This document shows positions 36,772 to 46,299 of a stretch of 64,000 nucleotides of DNA, in pieces. The translations under genes and the position numbers were made by a program. Each line of letters opens with the position of its first letter. Within the stretch, counting starts at the first letter, position 1. A model generated the notes under the pieces. It was given only the letters and a program-made list of their open reading frames with translations. It ran no database searches and was not told the DNA's origin. This stretch comes from a virus, in the IMG/VR virus record IMGVR_UViG_3300007522_000367, positions 1 to 64,000 of that record. The stretch is one strand, 5' to 3'.

Positions 36772-37505
36772 TAGCTTTCCCCAGCGTCTAACACATCTAA
36801 TATGCGTAATACATTATCGTAAGTCTTTGGAATATTCATTACCAAATGTATACTATCTTGTGTATAACTATGTGTACGATGTGTTTTACGTGTATCAATG
36901 TAATATGCCCGGCCTTCGTCTATTTGTCTAATACGATGATCATGCTCCCATTCATACGCTGTATGATTTGTATTTGTTAAAAATATAACTATTCTAAATG
37001 TTCTTCTTTGCAGTAATATACCGTCTCGATGTTTCGGAAACCATGCTCCTGTGTTTAGTTTAACTAAACTGCAACGACCTAACTTAGGGAAATAGTCTAC
37101 AATATGCTGTAAACTAGGAAGGTCTTTGTATAATTGTGTAGGAGTATCAAAGTCAAGTTCAGACAATTTGCGACCTGTTCGTCTCATTGCTTCAGGCATA
37201 CTTAAACTATCTGTAGGAGTATCACCAGGCAGGCCTACTAAATTTAAACCTTGTCTATCATTTAGCAATCCTTCTCTATGCAAATAAGGTATCCACATAT
37301 TATCATACTGTTTAATCTCTTTTCTAAACTCGTTTAGATCAACTTTAAACTTCAATGGAACAAAATCACCAATAGCATCTAGCTGCAATTCGCATGCAAT
37401 GTCCATAATTTTAGGGTTTGTAATAACTCCATCATTGTATAATTGAGTATAGTTTACTTTTAGTTTTGCTTGCTCTTCAGCAGTAACAATATGACTATTA
37501 TCCAT
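36771..37505 (-). CDS. Asp/Asn beta-hydroxylase-like oxygenase
   Basis: FPKHRD...FRIV...IDTRKTH...HLVMN. Confidence 0.72.
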   Translation of the reverse strand: MDNSHIVTAEEQAKLKVNYTQLYNDGVITNPKIMDIACELQLDAIGDFVPLKFKVDLNEFRKEIKQYDNMWIPYLHREGLLNDRQGLNLVGLPGDTPTDSLSMPEAMRRTGRKLSELDFDTPTQLYKDLPSLQHIVDYFPKLGRCSLVKLNTGAWFPKHRDGILLQRRTFRIVIFLTNTNHTAYEWEHDHRIRQIDEGRAYYIDTRKTHRTHSYTQDSIHLVMNIPKTYDNVLRILDVLDAGES

Positions 37506-38199
37506 TATAAATCTCCGTAAAAATACTTAGTCCAATTTTTTGTTTTATTCCAGCGGCCTTGAAATTACTAGAACAGTGAATTCTTAAACTATCAAATGCT
37601 ATTATCGATCCAATAGTCCAAGGAAAATAAGAATGTACGCTAAGACATTCAAGCCATGTAGATTTTAAATGGCCAAGCATTTTAGTTTTTATATTTTTAG
37701 GAATACCGGTGTCAACTAAATTTTCAACATCAGTATATTCATAAAGGTGCTTATTGTAAAAAATAACTTCTTTATCAAATACTTCATCTTTAAAAAACTT
37801 TACAGGGCCGCCGTAATAGAATTGATCAAACATAACTAGTTTAATCTTATTGCAGTCACCGCTTTCTACCCATAACGGAATAGTAAATGCTTTGTAGGTG
37901 TTTGGATAATCGTAACTATCATCTATGTGCAGTATGTGAGGAGTATCTACATCAAAAAAATGGCAAGCCCGAACTTTAAAGTTGCCAAATTGTTTACGCA
38001 AAGGAATTAGTATGTCGTCAATTATACCCGTTCCTTCTTTTACATAAACTACTTTTGGACCTGTGTTTTTTTCTATTTTGTCTTGACTGTGATAGTAGTC
38101 TAATAGAAATTTAATCTTAGTTTTATCCAATGCGTTAACTATTTGCACAGGATCAGAATGTGTTTTTTTAATTTCTTCTATTTGTGTACTACTACGCAT
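37498..38199 (-). CDS. DSBH oxygenase-like protein
   Basis: LHIDD...IPL...FDQ...W..GS..AFDSLRIH; paralogous to 41785-42663. Confidence 0.6.
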   Translation of the reverse strand: MRSSTQIEEIKKTHSDPVQIVNALDKTKIKFLLDYYHSQDKIEKNTGPKVVYVKEGTGIIDDILIPLRKQFGNFKVRACHFFDVDTPHILHIDDSYDYPNTYKAFTIPLWVESGDCNKIKLVMFDQFYYGGPVKFFKDEVFDKEVIFYNKHLYEYTDVENLVDTGIPKNIKTKMLGHLKSTWLECLSVHSYFPWTIGSIIAFDSLRIHCSSNFKAAGIKQKIGLSIFTEIYNG

Positions 38200-39307
38200 G
38201 TTTTCTCTTAGGTATCTTACTATCAGCACTTGATACACAACTCTTAGTAATACACGTCTTAGGTGTCTTAAACAGTGTAAAACCTGTTTCGATGTTACCA
38301 AGGGGTGCGTCGTGACAACTATAGCTTCTTTTTACACTACCGTCTGGCTCCCGTATTATAATGCCACTGTAACCGGCATTGCAAGCCCATCCTTCAAAAT
38401 TGTTGAAATTAAAGGCATTAAAGCGTTCTGCTTGGTCCATGTACCACGTTTCGCCTTTTGAGTCTTTTAATTCTACTTGCATATGCCACGGAACGCTGGC
38501 ATCATTCTTGCCCATAATATCTCTAGGCACTTGAAAGTTTGGTTTAGGTCGACATTCCCACTTACGCTTGCTTTCTGTGTACGCACGTTGCGGCATACCG
38601 TTGTGTAAACGCTTTAGATTGTCTGCTGTATACCCATCTACTACTCGGCTTGCTGTAGGGTCGCTTTGAGGCTTTAGCGTTACGTTTATACCTTGTTCGT
38701 GAAAAAACAATGCGTTCTCCCAATCACGTTCAAACCAATCCGGCACCATAACCATGTTGATTGTAACTTGTACATCATGCTCTTGACAGAAGATTAGCTT
38801 GTCGGCAAAGTCCTGCATCTTCTCAATACTGTTTACGTGCTCTGTATGCAAACTTGCAGTTATACTAGCACGATGAAACGGCTTAACTGCTTCTACATAT
38901 TCTTCATGCCACTTCATATTACGTGACATGTTTGTTGTCATGTGTACACTAGTATAATTAGTGTTATTAACGTCATTAGCAAGATGAGAAAGAATATCAA
39001 GATACCCAGGGTGGAATGTTGGCTCACCACCACTAAGACTAAAGTGAAAACTGTTAAAACCGTTATCACGTGCCTGTCTTTTTATTTCGTCAATTGTTTT
39101 GAGACATAGCTCGGTAGGCCTGTGGTCTTTTTTATCGCTTCTTGCATAAGGCCAGCAGTAGCTACACTTGTAGTTACAAAATCGTCCAAGTAACCAGCTG
39201 ACCGTGAAGAGGTCTCGATATAAGAGAGTTCGTTGACCCACACTGACGATATCGTCGAATGGTATCTTAGTGAAGTCATAATTACTCCATTTTAAATCTT
39301 CAGTCAT
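38192..39307 (-). CDS. Radical SAM enzyme with C-terminal twitch/SPASM-like Cys cluster
   Basis: CNYKCSYC, SGGEPT, CNAG...C...C...C. Confidence 0.9.
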   Translation of the reverse strand: MTEDLKWSNYDFTKIPFDDIVSVGQRTLLYRDLFTVSWLLGRFCNYKCSYCWPYARSDKKDHRPTELCLKTIDEIKRQARDNGFNSFHFSLSGGEPTFHPGYLDILSHLANDVNNTNYTSVHMTTNMSRNMKWHEEYVEAVKPFHRASITASLHTEHVNSIEKMQDFADKLIFCQEHDVQVTINMVMVPDWFERDWENALFFHEQGINVTLKPQSDPTASRVVDGYTADNLKRLHNGMPQRAYTESKRKWECRPKPNFQVPRDIMGKNDASVPWHMQVELKDSKGETWYMDQAERFNAFNFNNFEGWACNAGYSGIIIREPDGSVKRSYSCHDAPLGNIETGFTLFKTPKTCITKSCVSSADSKIPKRKHA

Positions 39308-39313
39308 ATTTTT

Positions 39314-39342
39314 ATTATACTACATTTTTTAAGTTTAGTCAA
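39314..39342 (-). promoter_or_regulatory. sigma70-type promoter (leaderless geometry) for the radical SAM gene at 38192-39307
   Basis: TTGACT-17 nt-TATAAT on the - strand; ATG 7 nt downstream. Confidence 0.7.
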
Positions 39343-39464
39343 GATATTTTGCTAAGTTAGGAATATAATTATTAATTCTAATATTTTGAGCAGTATCTGT
39401 TTTTTTAATATATTCTTTCAACTGTTATACATGCATGATTTTCTAAAAAATAACACTTAGGCAT
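39335..39464 (-). pseudogene. Remnant of a radical SAM gene with almost the whole interior deleted
   Basis: MPKCYFLENHACIT (like the CxxxWxH N-termini of the neighbours) joined out of frame to KEYIKKTDTAQNIRINNYIPNLAKYLD* (like their C-termini). Confidence 0.6.
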
Positions 39465-40614
39465 CTTTAAACTCCTGTACAAGATCAAATAAGTTTTCAC
39501 CTCTGCTTGCATCTAGCGCAGCAGTGTACGACAAGAACTTATCGTACTTAGCGGTCCAATCCTCAGCATACATATAATCAATAATACCTTGCACTTTATC
39601 TAAATGCAAGTAAGGTTGCAACTGTGCAGCGGCTTGATCTTTTAAATGTTTAGGTAATACTCTAATGTTTAATTCTTCTGGATGATTGAGAATGTTGAAG
39701 TATATTCTATGTCCATACGGATTAGCCCAGTCTATTAGTTCAGGCAGTCTTAGTATATTGTACATTTGTACTGTGCAGTGTATTTCAATGCCTGCGTTAG
39801 GCAGTTGCCTAACCTTTTCAAAGTTCTTTACAATCGTATCCCATTTACTAGGATGTCTAATATAATGATCTAATGCACCTGTTGCATCTATTGAACAATT
39901 AAGTTGTACTCGCTTAAAGTGAATCCATCGTTCAAGTAACCAAGGCGGTAGTTTAACTAGATTAGTATTGTACTTTAGACGTATATCCTTTGCAGTACCG
40001 TTGTCAATAAAGTAATCTAATAATTTCTGCTGTTCTTTAATAACTGTAGGTTCGCCGCCAGTTAAGTATATTTCGTCAACAGTGTGTGCAATACTAAACA
40101 AGTTTTCCCAAGTCTTTTCGTGCTCCGGCCAGTCCATACTACTAAGTCGCTTGTATTCGCTTTCACTTAGTGCAGTTTCAACTAGGTTCCATTCTTTAAC
40201 CCACATGTTACTTGCATACGGATTACACATGCGACATTTTAAATTACACAAGTTTCCTAACCGTAGGTCAACATACTTTATGTTAAAGGGAGCATCAACA
40301 GTGTACTCTTTCTCTTCTTTCCACTTGTTGTTCCAACTTTGTCTAGCACTTTTAATGCCAACATCTTCTTCTCTAAAACAACGTGTACACATTTCAGGAC
40401 GTTCGCCAGCAAGTAACTGCTTACGAATAGTAGTATATACTTCACTATTCCATGCTTCTTGTAAGTCGTCTCGTTGTAGTTTATAAGGGGTGCCGTCTTT
40501 TTTAGTGATAAAGTTTTTACCCGGAGTGCTGTTGCAGCACACACGAAGATTGCCGCTTGCATTAGTAGCAAGATGCATCCACGGTAATGCGCAGAATGTT
40601 TTAGATTGAGTCAT
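39457..40614 (-). CDS. Radical SAM enzyme with N-terminal twitch/SPASM-like domain
   Basis: FCALPWMH...VCC...CTRC, then CNLKCRMC, TGGEP. Confidence 0.9.
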   Translation of the reverse strand: MTQSKTFCALPWMHLATNASGNLRVCCNSTPGKNFITKKDGTPYKLQRDDLQEAWNSEVYTTIRKQLLAGERPEMCTRCFREEDVGIKSARQSWNNKWKEEKEYTVDAPFNIKYVDLRLGNLCNLKCRMCNPYASNMWVKEWNLVETALSESEYKRLSSMDWPEHEKTWENLFSIAHTVDEIYLTGGEPTVIKEQQKLLDYFIDNGTAKDIRLKYNTNLVKLPPWLLERWIHFKRVQLNCSIDATGALDHYIRHPSKWDTIVKNFEKVRQLPNAGIEIHCTVQMYNILRLPELIDWANPYGHRIYFNILNHPEELNIRVLPKHLKDQAAAQLQPYLHLDKVQGIIDYMYAEDWTAKYDKFLSYTAALDASRGENLFDLVQEFKDA

Positions 40615-41788
40615 AATACTTCGATATCTCCATTGTGGCAAAACTTTGTTTTTTATATGTGTCTTTTAATTTAGTTACTTCTATAAATTGTTTACTGTTA
40701 TCTTCGTTAGTCGGTTGATTAATTTTATTTTTTACGTCTTTAAGAAACTTACTAAACTTTTTATTGTCTAACTCACTTAAAGTATTAATTTGTCTTAATG
40801 CTTCATCTTTAAGATCCTGCGGAACATTTCGCACATCTAAGTACGCAGGTGCATCCAATGGAATAACATTAATATGGAAATTATATTGTTTAGCTAACTC
40901 TACTATATTTTTAATTTCAAGAATGTTATATGCTTGTAGTGTAAATGTAGTTGAAGTTACCAACTGTTCAGTCTGCACTTTAGACAACTTTTGCAACTTA
41001 CTGTTGACATCATTCCAATTTGCAGGATGTCTTATATATTCGAAAGTATCGCCTATACCGTCTATACTACAAATAATGTTCACAAATTTAAATGCTTTAA
41101 ATAGGCCAATCCATTCGTCATTTATTAGTGTTACATTTGTTATTATCATTAGATTAATGTTTTTAGCAAAATCGTTATCAACACAATAGTCAATTAGTTT
41201 CTTTACGCTGGGAACCATTAGAGGTTCCCCGCCTGTAAATTTTAAATGACGCAACCCATTTGCAATCATGTCTTTTATCGAATCTACAAACTCTTCTTGG
41301 AGATACCATTTGTTTTGAACAAAGGTTTTTTCGTGCTCGTCTAGTCCTAGATCAACACCAGTTTCTTTAAGTATTTTTTGAAATTCATTTGCAACACCGC
41401 TACTACTATAACTATTGCACATTCTACAACTTAGGTTACAATAATTTCCTAATTTTAGATCAAGTTCTACTGGATATTTTTTTGTTGTAGGAATGTCATC
41501 TACAAATTTATCCCAGATACCTTGATTCTTATAATTTTTAACAAACTGATCTCGTAAACTAGATATTCCAGATTCTTCTTTTTTCCAACAACTTTTACAA
41601 ATCTCTGGACGGTTGCCGGCCAACATTTCTTTCTTAACACCATCTCTTAGATCATTCCAGTGCTTGTCGAGATTGCCGATAAATTTATCTTTGTCCTGTG
41701 TAACAGCATTACAACATAAACGATTTTTCCCCATTGTGTTTACGCATAGGTGATCCCATACAGCAGGACAAACGGTATCTAAATTCAT
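40601..41788 (-). CDS. Radical SAM enzyme with N-terminal twitch/SPASM-like domain
   Basis: CPAVWDH...LCC...CKSC; CNLSCRMC; TGGEP. Confidence 0.9.
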   Translation of the reverse strand: MNLDTVCPAVWDHLCVNTMGKNRLCCNAVTQDKDKFIGNLDKHWNDLRDGVKKEMLAGNRPEICKSCWKKEESGISSLRDQFVKNYKNQGIWDKFVDDIPTTKKYPVELDLKLGNYCNLSCRMCNSYSSSGVANEFQKILKETGVDLGLDEHEKTFVQNKWYLQEEFVDSIKDMIANGLRHLKFTGGEPLMVPSVKKLIDYCVDNDFAKNINLMIITNVTLINDEWIGLFKAFKFVNIICSIDGIGDTFEYIRHPANWNDVNSKLQKLSKVQTEQLVTSTTFTLQAYNILEIKNIVELAKQYNFHINVIPLDAPAYLDVRNVPQDLKDEALRQINTLSELDNKKFSKFLKDVKNKINQPTNEDNSKQFIEVTKLKDTYKKQSFATMEISKYYDSI

Positions 41789-42663
41789 TTTATCTCTCTG
41801 AGAAACGTTAGTAACAGTCCCATTTTAGTTGTCCAATGATTATTCGGACGACCTTTATTTGTTGCATGCAATTGCACAGCATCAAACACAATAGGAGCAC
41901 GAGGTTTCCACTCGCAAGTTAGTTCAGGTGTTAATCCTGTTAAGCGTTTGTAAGGAGTGTAGTACAAATATTCATCGTAATGTTCTTTGTTATAGTTTAT
42001 AAGATTTGATGTTTTATCTTGTACTGTGCCATCTAACAAATAAAAATTAATGTCAACATGATTATCTACAATGGGATATGTTGTTGCAACAGTTTGTTCT
42101 GGTTTTTTACCGTGATGGTATACATGGGCAAAATCAACATGGCGCTGATCAAAAAACACAGCATGGCTTTCTATGTTAGCAGGTGCAGTAAACAATGGAA
42201 TAATAATATTACGCCAGGGTACATATTTGCGGCCCTTGTGATCTATAGGAGTTTTAGTTAAACTATTTTTCCAATCTGATTCTCTAGTACTATCGTTGTG
42301 TAACCCATACTGACTAGGCGTAATAAAGAAATTGCCTCCGACAACAGGTGATGTTTCTGCACCCGGTACCATTTGATTAATACGATCTGCAAACTTTTCG
42401 TATACTCCCTGTAGGTTACCGCTTATAAACATTGTACCGTTATCGTTGTGTCTTACTGTATTGCAACGACTAAATGCATATCCGTACATCCAACTAATTT
42501 CTTCTTCAGTAAATGCTTCATCAAATACTTCTGCTTTTTGAAAATGTTCTGCTATGTTTTGTTGTACGCTTGATTCCTTTAGATTAGCAAGCCAATGTTC
42601 ATACTCAAGTTTATAACTTTTATGATTTGCAATGTCTTCTGCTCTATTAATATTCGCTAACAT
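41785..42663 (-). CDS. DSBH oxygenase-like protein
   Basis: LHNDS...IIIPL...FDQ...VFDAVQLH. Confidence 0.6.
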   Translation of the reverse strand: MLANINRAEDIANHKSYKLEYEHWLANLKESSVQQNIAEHFQKAEVFDEAFTEEEISWMYGYAFSRCNTVRHNDNGTMFISGNLQGVYEKFADRINQMVPGAETSPVVGGNFFITPSQYGLHNDSTRESDWKNSLTKTPIDHKGRKYVPWRNIIIPLFTAPANIESHAVFFDQRHVDFAHVYHHGKKPEQTVATTYPIVDNHVDINFYLLDGTVQDKTSNLINYNKEHYDEYLYYTPYKRLTGLTPELTCEWKPRAPIVFDAVQLHATNKGRPNNHWTTKMGLLLTFLREIK

Positions 42664-44062
42664 TAAAAATATCTTTCATTTCAGGAAATGTTTCTGCAAA
42701 AGTATTTCCACGCTGATTATCACATAGTCCTAAAAACTCCTGCATCTCAGGCAAGCGTTGGCTCCAGTCTTCGCTCTCCATAAAGCTAAGTATGCCGTCA
42801 AGGCGTTTAATGCCATATTCTGCACTGCGGAATTTTTCATAATCTACTTTACCTTTGTGCCATTCTGGAATGCCTAACTCCCAGTTTGCTTCCCACCAAG
42901 GATACCATGCTTCGTATTTTACTCTACACTTAGCTTTAAAATCTGCAGGCAAACTTTTAACATTTAAATGTGCAGGCCAATATACAAAGTGCTGACTAAT
43001 TCCGCCTGCACCAAATGGCCACATGTTAACTTTCTTAAACTTCTGCTCTAGCTTCCATTGAATAAAGTCTGGCAAGTAATATACATTTAGTGCTTGTACT
43101 GCACATGCAATAGTAACTTCGACATTGTCACTAGTTTGTGTATCTAACAAATGGAATACTTCTTCTTGACGACTCCACTTACTAGGATAACGAATGTAGT
43201 CATTCATTTCTTTGATACTGTCTATGCTGTAATGGAAACGTACTAACTTAAATTCTTTCCACAAGTCAAACAAATCATCCCGCCACTCAACACCGTTTGA
43301 ATTGTAACGAAGTTCTAGATCTTTTGCATAACCCATTTTAATAGCGTATTCGAGTATCTCGTAGTGTTCTTCAATAATGAGACTTTCGCCGCCAGCAAAG
43401 TAAATCTGTTGCATACTAGGCATTTGCTCGTAAAACTGTTTCCAAAATGTAGGATTCTGTTTGTGCCAGTTATAACTACTGCCGTTAGTACTACCTTTAT
43501 CCTGCCACTGCATAATTTCTTTAAGTGATTCATTTTTTACACTAGGAAAGATTGCTTTATAATCTTTAATCCATCCACTACTGTCATGTGGGCTACACAT
43601 AATACATGCAAGTTGACACTTTGTCCCAAACCGCAAATCAATGTATGCTAAGTTGGGCGGTACTTCGCCGTCGGGCTGTGTATCAGAAAGTATTTTATCA
43701 AGATCAACACGTTGACTCCAATAGTGTGTTTCCCACTGTCGCTTACTACGGTGCCCGGCTGCTTCTTCTTTATAACATTTTAAACAGCTAGGTGGCTTTT
43801 CGCCTGCAAGCATTTGTTTGCGTACATTTTTCATGTATTTGCTGTTCCATGCTGTTTCAAAGTCACTAACGTTTAAGTTGTTGGGTTTGCCGTCGTCTGT
43901 TTTAAGGATGCCCACTTGGCCACCATGTTCTTTGTCATTAGTAGCACCGACACTACTAGCGTTAGCAGTGCAGCATACTCGCATACTACCATCAGGTCTC
44001 GTACTAAGGTGTACCCACGGTAGAAGGCAAAACGTCTTTGAAGGATACTTTTTATCTGTCAT
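42647..44062 (-). CDS. Radical SAM enzyme with N-terminal twitch/SPASM-like domain
   Basis: FCLLPWVH...VCC...CLKC; CQLACIMC; AGGE. Confidence 0.9.
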   Translation of the reverse strand: MTDKKYPSKTFCLLPWVHLSTRPDGSMRVCCTANASSVGATNDKEHGGQVGILKTDDGKPNNLNVSDFETAWNSKYMKNVRKQMLAGEKPPSCLKCYKEEAAGHRSKRQWETHYWSQRVDLDKILSDTQPDGEVPPNLAYIDLRFGTKCQLACIMCSPHDSSGWIKDYKAIFPSVKNESLKEIMQWQDKGSTNGSSYNWHKQNPTFWKQFYEQMPSMQQIYFAGGESLIIEEHYEILEYAIKMGYAKDLELRYNSNGVEWRDDLFDLWKEFKLVRFHYSIDSIKEMNDYIRYPSKWSRQEEVFHLLDTQTSDNVEVTIACAVQALNVYYLPDFIQWKLEQKFKKVNMWPFGAGGISQHFVYWPAHLNVKSLPADFKAKCRVKYEAWYPWWEANWELGIPEWHKGKVDYEKFRSAEYGIKRLDGILSFMESEDWSQRLPEMQEFLGLCDNQRGNTFAETFPEMKDIFNVSEY

Positions 44063-44070
44063 GTAAGTAC

Positions 44071-45138
44071 TTATTTGAACTGTTCTGCAAAAGGATCAAA
44101 CTCGGATCCGCATTTCATAGCACATACTTTTAGTTTGCCGTCTGCACAACTAGACTTGCTCCAACTGCTTTGTATACTATCAAATATACCTGTGTCAAAT
44201 ACTGCTGCTAATCCGTTACGTGCATCTAACGCACCCTTATTAGGAATAAAGTCCCATATCTGTTCTACCTTAGGATCTTTGTGCCACCATTTGTACATTC
44301 GCCCGGCTGTCCAACAACAAGGCAATGCTAGACCTTCTGCTGTAATGAACAAGCTATTGTCTTTCTTTACTTTACAAATAATAGGAGCTCTATCATAGTA
44401 TGCATCCATACTATTATATTTCTTTTCTACTTTTTCTTGAGTCTTTAATGCATTATTTTGGTATTTAATATCAGGTTTTTTTAATTCTGCCGCCACTTTT
44501 CCTTTTTTGTCAACTGCTTGGTGCGATTCTTTTTTCTTTGAATCTTGTGTAATAAAACGGCCTGTCTTTTTCTTCATAAACTTTTCGCAGCCCCACGCAT
44601 TAGCAAGTGTTTCTGCTTCTTCAACTTGATGTTGGTTGTGTTCAAATATTAAAAAGTCCCAACGAGCTCTGCCGCCTGCACTAATAAACGCCTTCATGTT
44701 ACGCTCTACATTGTCCCATACAACGCCTTGACGATAGATATGGTTAGTATCGCGTAAGCCGTCAACACTAAAAATAACGGCTCCTGTCCTTCCAAAAACT
44801 CCTGCAAGTTCTTTCCACCATTGTTCATTCTTTGCTCCTGCATTTGTATTCATGCTCAGCCACATGTTAGTATTGTGTTCACGGAAGTACTTGAATATTT
44901 CTAAGGTATCACGAGCAACAATAGGATCACCTAAGTTTCCACACATATACATTGTGTTAAGCTGTGCAATAAACTCTGGCAAGAATATTTTTTTGCAATC
45001 TTCTAATGAAAGTTCATCTAAGTTGATATGAGGGTTTATACCTTTGCCATTCATATTGCGGTCGCACATAGGACAACTAGCTTGACAATTTTGAGTTACT
45101 TCAAGATGAATTGCTTTTATATCTTCATACTTATACAT
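44071..45138 (-). CDS. Radical SAM enzyme with C-terminal twitch/SPASM-like domain
   Basis: CQASCPMC, CGNLGDP, C...LPCC...CAMKC. Confidence 0.9.
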   Translation of the reverse strand: MYKYEDIKAIHLEVTQNCQASCPMCDRNMNGKGINPHINLDELSLEDCKKIFLPEFIAQLNTMYMCGNLGDPIVARDTLEIFKYFREHNTNMWLSMNTNAGAKNEQWWKELAGVFGRTGAVIFSVDGLRDTNHIYRQGVVWDNVERNMKAFISAGGRARWDFLIFEHNQHQVEEAETLANAWGCEKFMKKKTGRFITQDSKKKESHQAVDKKGKVAAELKKPDIKYQNNALKTQEKVEKKYNSMDAYYDRAPIICKVKKDNSLFITAEGLALPCCWTAGRMYKWWHKDPKVEQIWDFIPNKGALDARNGLAAVFDTGIFDSIQSSWSKSSCADGKLKVCAMKCGSEFDPFAEQFK

Positions 45139-46081
45139 ATTTTATGTATTCTTCTATAGGAGGTTTTTTATGATTATTGCTATCTGGTATGCCAGCTTCG
45201 GCGTTATATACCGGGCAATGATATGTAAGAGCCTCAGATTTATAACCAATTCCTAAATATAATTGAGGATGTATTCCAATATCCTCGACCATGTCGTTAT
45301 CATTTTGTATACAAGCACAAAATCCAACAGCCAATCCAACAGCAGGAGCAGCAAGACTAACATACATTGCTGCAAGCCCTATTTCAACTCCTGCTTCATA
45401 GAGATAGTAATTTTTATCAACTCCGTCTTGCGGAGTTCCTCTAATGCCAAAGGCAAGAACATAAGGTGCAAGTACCTGAGGATTATATCTTGATTTTGGA
45501 TTACCCGGATCTGCTTCAGTGCCTTTATACATCTTTTGTTGTAACTCAGGCAGCGTATGTGTAGGAATAATACGCAAGTCATATCTAACTCGGCGTTGTT
45601 TACTTGGCACGTAGTTGTGTATACCTCTTACAATATCATCTATTAAATGCTGTTCAGGTATTTGATCTGTCCAATTATATGTATTGATTCTATTATTTGC
45701 GAGATATTCAAAAGACCCTAATTCATAAATTGGTTTATTTAAAATATTGTTTATTGTAATAGATACTAAGCTATCAACTTCAACAGACGGACAAATTTCG
45801 TTTATCAAAGTATTAATTATTTTATAAGTTTTTACTTCAACATCAGTTGTTCTTAACTGAGACTTTCCTCTGTTCCAAAATCTACTGGTAATATTCTGTG
45901 TTCTAGTAGTATTAGTATTTTCTAAATCATATATCCATGCATCATACACATAACCAATATCTCTATAGCACTTTTCAAATTCAGTAGTACGATTAGGATA
46001 AGATTTTTTAATCCATTCTACTGATTGCTCAATTATAGATTTTTTATTTTCTTTTAAAATTTTAATTATGTTCATTGTCAT
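45131..46081 (-). CDS. Nitroreductase-fold protein fused to an N-terminal helical KCxRDxGY domain
   Basis: RIN.Y.W...P...I...VPSKQ...EIGLAA...LAA...GLAVGFCAC; N-terminal EKCYRDIGYVYDAWIYDL. Confidence 0.6.
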   Translation of the reverse strand: MTMNIIKILKENKKSIIEQSVEWIKKSYPNRTTEFEKCYRDIGYVYDAWIYDLENTNTTRTQNITSRFWNRGKSQLRTTDVEVKTYKIINTLINEICPSVEVDSLVSITINNILNKPIYELGSFEYLANNRINTYNWTDQIPEQHLIDDIVRGIHNYVPSKQRRVRYDLRIIPTHTLPELQQKMYKGTEADPGNPKSRYNPQVLAPYVLAFGIRGTPQDGVDKNYYLYEAGVEIGLAAMYVSLAAPAVGLAVGFCACIQNDNDMVEDIGIHPQLYLGIGYKSEALTYHCPVYNAEAGIPDSNNHKKPPIEEYIKYV

Positions 46082-46299
46082 TCCAGTACTAACACTACAT
46101 CTTTGCCTGGACCTACTTTGCTAGGTAAGTCTCCATATTGCTCTACATACCATTTAATAACCGCGGTGTACCAATTTTGACTATTATGATGTGCTTGTTT
46201 ATTAAACTGATATATGTTATTGTTTGTAGCTTCCATAGTACTTATCGCACGGGCACTTTCGGTCTGGAGCTGTCTGAGTGTAAGATTACTTATATCCAA
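46078..46299 (-). CDS. Hypothetical protein
   Basis: 73 aa; overlaps both neighbours. Confidence 0.6.
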   Translation of the reverse strand: MDISNLTLRQLQTESARAISTMEATNNNIYQFNKQAHHNSQNWYTAVIKWYVEQYGDLPSKVGPGKDVVLVLE

